Shown: piece by piece, positions 1 through 10,728 of the stretch | Layout: each line of letters starts with the position of its first letter | Numbering within the stretch: the stretch's first letter is position 1 | Assembly: GCF_002105155.1 (NCBI RefSeq) | Contig: NW_019028993.1 | Location: forward strand, 434,001-498,000 | Direction of reading: 5' to 3' | Length of the DNA stretch: 64,000 bases | Source: Lobosporangium transversale | Lineage: Eukaryota | The notes under the pieces: generated by a model | What the model saw: only the letters and a program-made list of their open reading frames with translations | What the model was told of the DNA's origin: nothing | Databases searched by the model: none | Translations under genes and position numbers: made by a program

Positions 1-107
1 TGCTTTTATTGCATAACCTGGAGCAATGATGGTTCTGGCACTAAAAATGAATGCTTATACGCTTTATTATCTATCCACAACCTTTAATAACGTATGAAAT
101 AATACAG

Positions 108-726
108 CCTAGGAGCAGCCCCTATTACTATCATCCAAGAAACTATTTGGGTTAGGTATTTCCGGAAGCATAACCTTGCTTTTGTCTTGGCATTGGGGTT
201 GACTAGTGGAAAAGTGGTACGGCATACTGACTGGCCGTCTTTTTTTTAGCTATGATCTTGGCTGTTGGCAGAAAAGCAGAAAAGCAAAAAAGCTCACAGA
301 ACTCTTATTTGTGGCGGGGTTTGATCTTTCGAAATGAAAGGCAGGATTCTTAGCGCTTGCAACATCGGTTCCTCTAAGTACTTTACAGCCTTTTGGATTC
401 GTCACGCCCTTCGTAGTAGCATTGATTATATCCGTAATTGCATGGGTGATGAATATTGTGTTTTTGTTACTTCTTAAAAAACCGAAGAAGGACGCCGACA
501 CTATGACCAAAATTACGATCCTACTGAAAGAGAAACGGACACATCTTGGCTGGAGAGAAGTATATGGGTTCTCCACTTTATTGTGGTCATTGCTGACGAT
601 CAGTTTCCTGGTCGGGGCAAGCTGGAACCCGTTCATGCATCAAGCAAGGTACAGTCCCTGATGGCAGTAAATTAAAGCAGATTGAAAAACACTGCTGAGG
701 ACGTACAGACTGACACGCGTCCCTTC

Positions 727-763
<37 letters not shown>

Positions 764-1934
764 AATCGTGATCTATAGTAACATCGTAAAGCATCGCTAC
801 GACCTTGACGACAAACAAGCAGCCTGGGAAGCCTCAATTATCTTGGCAGTTCCTCCGATTATTTATCCTTTCCTTGGAACATTCATTGATAATGTTGGAA
901 AGCGTGCATGGTTACTTTTAGTGACAGCGGGCCTAATCATTAGCACACACCTTATTCTTCTCGTACCCTTCACGACTTACGCCATTCCCCCAACCATACC
1001 CATGTTCCTATTCGCGCTTTCTCTGTCACTGGGGACTCTCTCTATTGTCACTAGTATGCCTGTGCTTACAAAACATGTTCCTACAGGCCTGGGACTACAT
1101 CGTTCTATTGATAGCATTGGTGCCACTCTGTTCGGAACCATTGTAGGGATGATGCAAGATTTTACGGCTGTCGAAGAAGATGGCATGGGAATATCCGAAA
1201 GCTTTTTCGATCGCCTTTATCATCACTTTTTCCCGCCTCAAGAAGACAAACTACAGCAGGAGCGCGAAGACATCCAACTATTAGGCCTATTTCTATTTGT
1301 AGGAATTGTATTATTCCTTGCATGCTCAGTGTTTGTGTGGGGCGATTACCATTGGACTGATGGAGAAGGCGGCAAGACAGGCCTTGTCAATGGCGTATAT
1401 AACAAGGATGGGTCTTCAAGTCGAGTCCCGTCGAAACGTTCAAGAAGGAACCGAAGGCGACGGCGAAGGAGCCACGAAGTCCTGGAAGCTATGACTATGG
1501 AGCCCATCTTTGAGTTAGAGGACGAGCCGGATGCGGAAGAGATGTCAATGACTGAAATTGGAACAAAGGACCCTGGATCCCCTCGACCCGCTGCTCAGCA
1601 AAGGATGGGAGCAAGTGTAGTTAATAATTTATCACAATCACCATCATCAAGCCAATATCCTGCAGCTCGAAATCGCGACCAAGATGGCGATAGAGATATA
1701 ATATATGGCCATGACCGGGTACGACATGAAAGCGATCGTCTGCGCGAGGATTATTCGTCTTCCTCAGACGAATCGGACGAAGAGAGTGGGGAGCATCGAT
1801 TCGGTGTACACATTGAAAGTGGCGAGGACGATGTGCCACAGTATAAAAAAAGACAAGCGCATTTTTGGATAATGGTGTGGTCTGTGCTACTTGTGACAAG
1901 TTGGGCCGTGTTTGGAATTGGTGTATCACAATAG
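108..1934 (+). CDS. MFS transporter, MFSD1-like (5' part outside window); exons ~108-216, 341-648, 779-1934
   Basis: The spliced translation LGAAPITIIQETIWVRYF..LALGLTSGKV/AGFLALATSVP... gives successive TM helices, and PFLGTFIDNVGKR is an MFS motif-A-like loop. Introns are GT-AG. A long Arg/acidic loop precedes the last TM. Confidence 0.75.
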
Positions 1935-2024
1935 AGGGCTATAACAATAAAAAGTCACTTTTTTATATTTCTCCCCTTTTTACTCTTTACAGAAGTTTGC
2001 CACCATTCATTTCAACAACGTGCA

Positions 2025-3037
2025 ATGTTGCGCATTCAACGGATTCATCAATGTTTTAGGAATGGGGATAGCTCGGCTCGCCTATTTAGTGTCTCGACTC
2101 AGAAGAACTTACAATATGGATCGGGTGTCAACCGAGGAGCACAGGCGTTGGGACAAGTAACGCGTGGAGTTTTACCAGCACCGAGGACAACTTTTAGACT
2201 ATATACTACTGAAGCTTTGTTGGCTCAGAATGAGAATAATGTTGTAAGGACGAACCCTTCTCCTAACGCTACTCGGATATCACGGAAGAGCCGTGTAAGT
2301 TCTCTGACCGAATTAGAGTCAGAGAAAAATGTACTGACTGAAAGGACTATAATCTCACCCAGAAAAGAAGCGCCAACAACAGCAACAGCACCAGCACCGG
2401 CAACAATAAAAAAGTCCACCCGCAACAAAAAATCAACTGTTCATGATCAAGAAGGGAAGGTGATAGCCAACAAACCAAATGTCGTCACTGCTGATGAGCC
2501 AGCGAAGAAGACAAAAGCGACTCGGACTCGAAAATCATCTAAATCAATCAAAGTAGCGGAAGAGCCTATTGCTACCATGGTGCCAATAAGCCCACCTACG
2601 CCAACGAAACTGCGCCCCTATCAACAGGAATGCATCGACGCATGCCTTTCAAATTTACAAAAGGGCACTATGCGACAGATTGTCTCACTTCCTGTCGGAA
2701 GTGGCAAAACGGTAATGCCCAGTATATGAGGTGATTGTTCTTCAGAAAGTGAATTGAAGGCATAGAAACTTACATGAAAGCCTTTTTTTTATTTATTTTT
2801 TTATTTATTCTTCAATTTATACTCATCTACAGGTCATTTTTTCACACCTAATGAAAAAAGTTCCCGCGCCATTCCCAGGTGCAAACAAGACATTAGTCTT
2901 GGCTCATCGACAGGAGCTTTTAGAACAGACCCGCTCACATATTCTCCGCAATGGCGAAGGGCTGGTAACATTTGATTACGAGAAGCCATTTAAGATCCTC
3001 AATTTTTTACCAAATAGCTCAACGATCGAATGATTTC

Positions 3038-3084
<47 letters not shown>

Positions 3085-5456
3085 GCACATATTAGACTGT
3101 CTCAATAGATCAAGGAAAGCGTAGTGCAGATATGAGTGCAGATGTGATTGTGGCTAGCGTTCCTACGCTGGGACGAGCTGGGACACCACGAATACTGAAG
3201 TATAATCCTAAAGAATTCAAGTGCATCATTATCGATGAGGCAAGTGCATTTTTTCGCATATTGACTGCAAGACTTGGCATTGAATAATGGCTAGTGGCTG
3301 ACAATTGTTCCACGCTTCTATGGTTTGGGGCCAACAATGCTAGGCTCATCATGCAGCTGCAGAGTCATACATCAGGATTCTGGAACATTTCGGAGCACAT
3401 ACACCAAATACTCACATCTTCGTTTATGGCTGTTCAGCAACAGTACGGCGTCACGATGGATTAATGCTCCGAGGCGCATTTGATTACATCTCATATCACA
3501 AGGGTTTCATAACTATGATTGAAGACAAATGGTAATATGAGCTTTAGTTCGGATTCCATCATTGAATGTATTCAAGTGATCTAGAGCTGAATGGTTGAGT
3601 TTATGAAATTATCACATGGAATGCTGATTGCTTGCTTTATTTAGGCTTTGTGGCCTTCGTGTATCAGCAATCCAAACCGAGTTTGATTTACGAGATGTTA
3701 AGGTTAGGGGGGACGATTTTGCGCAAAAAGAACTTTCTATCAAAGTCAATGACCCTATTCGCAACGACATCGTTGTCCGGAGCTACATGACATACTGCGG
3801 TAATGGATATGCCCATATATTGTTTAGCCAAATCGTGCTCATTATTGCGAATCGACTTAATTTGGTCCGGTAATATCTCCAACCATCAACTAACCTCGCT
3901 GTCGTTAATTTTAGCGGGACGCAAGTCGACAGTTGTATTCGCTGTCGACATTGCTCACCTAGAAACACTTGCAGAAACGTTTCGGAAATATGGATACGAC
4001 GCACGAGGGGTTTCTAGCAATACAAGTGACGAAGAGCGGGCACGGTTACTACGAGATTTCCGTGAACAAAAGTTCCCTATAATCGTCAACTGTGGTATCT
4101 TGACCGAGGGCACAGGTATGATCCCGTACAGAGCTTTGTGCTTGCTCATGAGTTGATGTACTCCAATGTATTTAACTGAAGCACATGTTTCCTTAACATT
4201 ACCTTTCTATTTCAGACATTCCTGGAATTGATTGTATTTTGATGGCGAGACCTACAAAATCAAATGTTCTCTTCTTACAAATGCTTGGCCGTGGTATGAG
4301 GCTACATCCTGGCAAAGAAGACTGCCACGTCTTGGACTTTGTGGACATTGTCAAAGGCGAGGGCCTTGCTAATCTACCAACATTGCTTGGACTAGATGCC
4401 AGTGCCATAGCTAATAGTAAGTTCAATATTATGCTGTATACTTAATACTGACGAACATCACAATTAAAGCTACCCTCTATATCATTTTCATTAATCTTTA
4501 CATAATATGTTTGAATCCTTGTAGAAACAGCGGCCATTAGCAGTCAAGAGGATGTCGATGCTCTCCAAAAGGAGCAGATCACCACACTTGAGACTGAGAT
4601 CGCCCAAGCTGCAACTGCACAGTACTCAGAAGAGACAGAAGTGGTGGAGTCAATAAATCCTATCACAGGTCACAAGGTGGCACGTATTCGTGTGCTGGAA
4701 TATGAAAATCCCTATCAAATCTTGAACGACTGTAGTGGAATGCCAAAACGTCTGTGGAATATGTCCCCTAATGCGTGGGTGAATGTAGGACCAGATACAT
4801 TTGTGCTCAACGTCCAATCACTATCGCTCAAGATTGAAAAATCACCCGAGGATGGTCTGTTTAGATGCCAAAAACGCGTGATGATGGCGCCAGCGGTGGA
4901 TAAAAATGCTGCATCGCCTTTTCAAAAGAATTACTATTATGCGTCTGCAGCTGCCGCAAAGAAGAGGATGGAGGATGAAGGCATCGATGATAACAATCAA
5001 GAGGGTGGTCCGTCAAGGCACTTTATGACTAAAGCAACCATGCTGCCTATTGAATCTGACACATTACAGGACTGCCTTCGTGGAGTAGATACGTGGGTCG
5101 CCAAGAACATTGGGCACTTTCCCGATATTTTGGGACGACATGCCCGATGGCGCAAGAAACCAGCAAGTGAATCACAGTTGAGGTTTTTGCGCAAACTAGG
5201 ATATGACCATGACGCAATCCAAGATGAGGATGAGGCCGAAGTAGATGATCCAGCGGCAAAGGAGAAGATTAGACAACTCAAAGCTCAGCATAGGCCTTTA
5301 ACGAAAGGACAGGCGGCAAACATGATTACACGCTTGACGAATGGGGCGGGTAAGTGGTGGGAGCAGAGCAAAAAATTCAGAATCAAGAGAGCCAAACAGC
5401 TAGCAAAAGAAATTGGTGTAGATGTAGGACCCATTCCAAAACATATTGACATTTAG
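2025..5456 (+). CDS. IRC3: Mitochondrial SF2 DEAH-box DNA helicase, Irc3-like; 8 exons
   Basis: Motifs LRPYQ (Q), PVGSGKT (I), IIIDE^AHH (II), GCSAT (III), NCGILTEGTDIP (V) and RPTKSNVLFLQMLGRGMRL (VI). The N-terminus is Arg/Ser-rich and presequence-like. Confidence 0.85.
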
Positions 5457-5561
5457 AAATAGTAGAAAATACATTTCTCTTTACCACTACTACTACCACT
5501 TTATTAATTAATTAACTAATTACTACTCGTCCTTGATAAAAAGGAAGGAAATGTAACCAGC

Positions 5562-5763
5562 TTAGTTCTTGGGTGGAGAAAAGGGCTGCTGCTGAACTTG
5601 AATAGATCCTGTGGGTTGCTGAAGGGGCGCCTGAGAGTAAGGCGAAGCTGGTTGTGAGTAAGGTGAAGCGTTGTAGATGGGTTGGGGTGACATGGCTTGT
5701 TGAGGAACAACTTGCTGAGCAGGAACCAAGGTGACAGCAGTACCATAGGCCATGACTTCAGTC

Positions 5764-5799
<36 letters not shown>

Positions 5800-5831
5800 A
5801 ACGCGTTAGAAGTTTAAGATTTAAACCTGAG

Positions 5832-5864
<33 letters not shown>

Positions 5865-6645
5865 GCCTTGAATTTTACCCCTATCATATCATGAGTTTGA
5901 TAAAAATGCCCATTAGTTTTTATTAGCTTAGTTTGTAAAGTTCATGCAATAAAACATAAAGCAGTATTCTTTTTTCATTTTTCACGTGTGTATCTAAATT
6001 ACCTGAATGATCTCCTGGCCAGTAAATTGAACTCCAATGACAGCATTTCCACCAGCCGCGGCAGCATGCTCCAGCATCCTGAGAAAGGCACGTTCTCGGG
6101 CTTTCTCAGCCATTTCGATATAAGTAGAGCTCTCACCACCAGCCAGAGACGCGAAAGCACCAATCACTGCTTTTCCGGCCTTGCCAACAACAAAAGAAAA
6201 AAAAGAAAAAAGAAAGAGTACACGTGTCAACGTGGGTGTGCAGGGGGGGGGGGGGGGCTGTGTTTGCGTCCCAGCATTATTATTCTCTGGTTAAATTTTT
6301 TTTTAAAATGTCCATTACATTAGGGTTCCTAACGGTCAGCCTATTGATGTTATAGAAAGAAACATTAATGTCAATTAGAAAGAGGAATGTTCGATATTGC
6401 CGATATTGTTTTTGGCTGTTGGAACAAGTAACTTTAAAAAAAAAAAAAAAAAAAAAAGATCCAACAGCCTTAGAAAAACAACGCCCACAAGATGTTTATT
6501 CTCCTCTATTCCAATGAAAAGTTGTTTATGGATATCACGCAACTTGCCCTCGAACTACGCCATGACAGGCTGCAATATGATATCCCGGGTAAGTAAAAGC
6601 GGTTGTGGTAAAACGGCGGTCGACGGAGCGAACAGGTTGAGCCAT
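5562..6645 (-). CDS. YbjQ/UPF0145 (putative heavy-metal-binding) family protein with P/Q-rich tail; exons 6645-6548, 6340-6319, 6179-6003, 5880-5879, 5766-5562 (167 aa)
   Basis: The spliced product reads ..TTTAFTYPGYHIAACHGVVRGLTVRNPNAGKAVIGAFASLAGGE..AREKAF-like..GGNAVIGV..EIIQGMTEVMAYGTAV, matching the YbjQ pattern. Exon lengths sum to 504 nt, in frame. Confidence 0.8.
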
Positions 6646-7256
6646 TGCAATAGTCTGAAGTGGATGAGGCGAGGGAGATGAAGAAAGTAAAGAAGAAAGA
6701 TGAGCGAACAAGCTGTTGGAAAACAAACACACCTCCGCGCTTTTTTTTTTTTTGCATTCATGTCTTATGATTGGTGGCTTATTATGCATGGATGGGATGA
6801 TGGGAGGAAAGGAAAATGCTTAACGTCCGTTCACTTATTTGCACTCGCCCAATTCATTTCCCTCCCCTTTTCTATCCTATTCATTGACTGCCCTTCTATT
6901 CGATTGTCAATTTCAATTCCTCTCAACGCATTCAGAAAACAACTTGCAACTATATTCAGAACAAAGAAGAGGAAAAAAGAAAAGAAAAAAGCAAAAAACT
7001 CGTCTTATTATTTCAGGAACCACCGAAACAGAAACACCAGCAACTCCCCTCCACTTCCTCTCCTTTCTCTCGTCTTCTTTTATTCTACATGTTTGCATGA
7101 CATTTCTTTTTTTTTTTTTTTTTTTTTTTTTTAACTACTTGGCTACCAATCAGCAAAACAATTGGCTATTATTTTAACACGACCACGCCCACTTAAAAAC
7201 ATAATTGACATTCCTCGAAAGCTTTTTTTTTTTTTTTTTTTTTTTTTCCGCAATAA

Positions 7257-7853
7257 ATGCCAGCGACACACACAAGCATTACATGGCCTCCAGCAACGGA
7301 GACACACATCGTCACAACAGTTTGGAATGGATCAATCATTTCAATACCCGCCTATCAAACTGCTAATGTCACATTATTTCCCGGTTTCACCTTGACGACT
7401 ACAACGACCACAAAACCACCACCGACGACAGTCATAGGAGCCAATCCTCCTCCTCCTTTTGGAGCTCCAGCGTCTGCCGAATCCGACTCTGAGGATGGAT
7501 CATCTTCTAGAGCTGTCCTTTGGCGGAACTGGACTCTTGTATGTCTCGGAGTAGTCATCTTGGCCACCGTAGGAGGCCTCGCACTGAAAAGGTACAGGAG
7601 TGGATGGACTAAGAAACAGGAACCAGGGACGTTTGCTCCTTTTGATGAAGATGATGGTGGGGGCACAGGCGGAGGCGGAGGATCAGGCGGAGGGGGAGGC
7701 ACCTCGTCAACAATACCGGGAAGTGCCATTAGTTTGGTCACCGTGAGTGGTCAAAATCATCAAACAGTAAATTCTAATAATAATGTTAGGGAACGGAGGA
7801 ATTCACAACCTATACCTCGAGCATTAGATTTGGAAAGGAGTTCAAGACCTTAG
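7257..7853 (+). CDS. Hypothetical single-pass membrane protein (Thr/Pro-rich N-terminus, TM, Gly-rich tail)
   Basis: 198-aa ATG ORF with GC content above its flanks. Hydrophobic WTLVCLGVVILATVGGLAL is followed by basic KRYR. Confidence 0.55.
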   Translation: MPATHTSITWPPATETHIVTTVWNGSIISIPAYQTANVTLFPGFTLTTTTTTKPPPTTVIGANPPPPFGAPASAESDSEDGSSSRAVLWRNWTLVCLGVVILATVGGLALKRYRSGWTKKQEPGTFAPFDEDDGGGTGGGGGSGGGGGTSSTIPGSAISLVTVSGQNHQTVNSNNNVRERRNSQPIPRALDLERSSRP

Positions 7854-8450
7854 ATTTAGTACCTGGAGTGGTGCTGAGAGAGAAAAAGAGAAAGAGAAAG
7901 AGAGAAAGCAGACATTTAGAACAGCATGACAGGCTAACCCGATAAAGGATAATTGCCAACTGCTTCCAAATCTCCTCAAACTCAAATGTAATTACGCTTG
8001 AAGTTTATTCATGTCAAATAAAAGTAAAAAAAAAAAAGCCACTGTCTGCATTGGACCTGAAGTCAATTCTTCGCGCTTTTACTGCTTTACTCATTAACAC
8101 AGACCCTCGTCTCACTTGACTGTCATGTGTAAATGATTCCCATCACAATCTATCAATAATTTATCTCATAAAATTTGAATATGTGATAGTCAAATGAAAA
8201 TAAAGCTTTTTCTTTTTTTCTTTTTGCATCTACCGCGTAATGTAGATAAAATGACGCGCGTTCGCCATAATGCTTTGTAAGAGAATGGATCTAACGCGAT
8301 GGAAAGCCACGGAATGAAAAAGGAGCTACATACAAGACTTCAGTAAATGATAATGTGCATCCAAATGATCGACAGAAGATCCTTCTTATTGCGCAGACTT
8401 CATCTGGCGATGTGCGCCACCAATTTAAAAGTGAACACTGCGGAGATCAA

Positions 8451-8481
<31 letters not shown>

Positions 8482-9338
8482 CTATCCATTGACATTGATC
8501 ATTGATTGATCGACCTTGCGCAGTGCTTGCTTCACTTCCTCGTTTTGGCTTGTAATTGCCGCAGGAAGTGTCAATTGATGATAGCAAGGTCCAATTATAA
8601 AGGGACTTTCAGATTTGTCAGCGGCCTCGACATGCGCTTTTTTTTTTTTCCCCTCAGACTGTGCTTAACTTGGCTTTTATTCTGTGGCCCTTGTTTACCT
8701 TTATTTATTTATTTGCGCTTTGTCGCAAAAAAAAAACACTAACTGGATGCAAGGCGCTTTTAAAATCAATAATGCTTTCTACTACATTCCGTCTTGGTTT
8801 ACTGTTATCAAGACGCGCAGTCGTCGTTAGTTTACTTTGAGGTAATGGGCTGTAACATTGTGTCTTGTACTGAAAGTGGGACAACCTAAGACTGAAGTAT
8901 TCGAATATGGACTTGTCAACGTGATTAGGGATTGAGTAGTTTCTAACACGGCCTGATCAATGCATGGTAACCTGTGCCAGCAAGCGATCTGTAACATTGA
9001 AAATTAATAAATAGAATAAATAGGATAAATGATAAACATCTATACATGGATAAATAGCCATCAGAATAAGAATGATGTCAAATGATGTTTGCAAAGGCAT
9101 ATTACACGGACCCTTTTTTTACTTCTAATAATTCTAATAATTCAATAATTCTTAACCGAGAAATCAATATCAGGGCACGCGTTCGAATAAATACCTCGAT
9201 CTAAATATCAACACTTTCTTCTCTCTCTCTTTTTTTTATCCTTAGACAATCCTTTTTATCCCCCAAACACCTTTTAAAAACCTGACCTAGCAGTCCTATA
9301 CCACTCCTGAGCAATTTACTTGAATATATTCTATAGCC

Positions 9339-10692
9339 ATGGTTTCCTCTCCCATTTCTCCACTGTCTCCAAACTTTGACACATCGCACTCTCCTACTAT
9401 CATTGATCTTCGTTCATCCGCAAAAGGGCCTGACAAATTCAAGCAAGCCAGCAAGAATAATGTACAGAATACGTACCCAAGTCCTCCATCGGCTGCCCAA
9501 GAGCTAAACCAGGAAGCTGACGTGGTCGAGCTTCGACTTGATGCCCGTGCAGAGAGCCCATCCTCATCCTCTGACTCGGATAGTATGATGGATGCAGCTT
9601 CGTCTGGAGATGATACTCTTGAGAATGACAGCAACAGCAGTGTCTCAGATCTTGAGGACAACGTCATGGCAGCCGAATCAGCTCCGGCATTTGATCTGCC
9701 AAAGATGATCATATCCGGACTTTGTCCTGCAGCTCCTGGTGCACCCAAGACAATTCCCACGATGGTTCTTTACGATGATCGTGGCCTACAGCTGTTTGAC
9801 GACATTACGTATTTGGACGAGTATTACCTCACACAGGACGAGATCGACATCCTTGAGCGCGATGGCGATAAGATTGTTGAGCTCATTCCAGACAACAGTG
9901 TTGTTGTGGAGCTTGGTGCAGGGTAATTGTCCATCCCTGAATTTATTCGATCACTTTGTTAATCTTATATTTTGAAACACGTTCACACATCATTACACCA
10001 GAATGACAGACTAAAAAAAAAAAATTATATTGTGTATTGTAATTGATAGTTCTCTTCGTAAGACAGTGCTGTTGTTGAATGCGCTCGAGAGGAAACGCAA
10101 GAACATTCGCTACTATGCGCTTGACCTGATGTTGGATGAATTGACCAAGGTGAGCTTTAAAAAAAAAAAAAAAAAAAAATTAAAAAAAATCGTCATTTGA
10201 CGCCATCTTTGGACTAAAAAAAGTGCTCATGTATTCATGTGTATTTCGCGCATCCCTCCCTTTTACGATCAATGTCCATTGAATATGTAGTGCAGTTGAA
10301 TTGTCTCCTTTTCCCCTTTTCCATTTGGATAAAGCAACTGAGCCATTTGCTGTTCTATTTATTTCCCAAACAAGTTACTCCATTTTGCTCCATCCATTTC
10401 CATTGTCTGTCCCTTTTTTTAAATCTTCAAGGCTCCCACGGTCCTTGTTGCATTTTTTGAGACGGATGAGGCGCTATTTTTTTTTATTTGTTGTAGTTAT
10501 GGTTTGCAACTTGGTCCAGGACCCATGAACGTGCGTGTGGTTTCGCGTTTGTGTCAGCCCAGCTCAATTGCTCTATTTATCCGAGCCATCCTTGCATGAT
10601 CGCATTGTTGTATCGATTGTTTAGAGCCAAAGATTACGTATATGGGCCAGCAACAGTGCTTTGAAGCGAACGTGGGACTAGGCACTGGCCCC

Positions 10693-10728
<36 letters not shown>

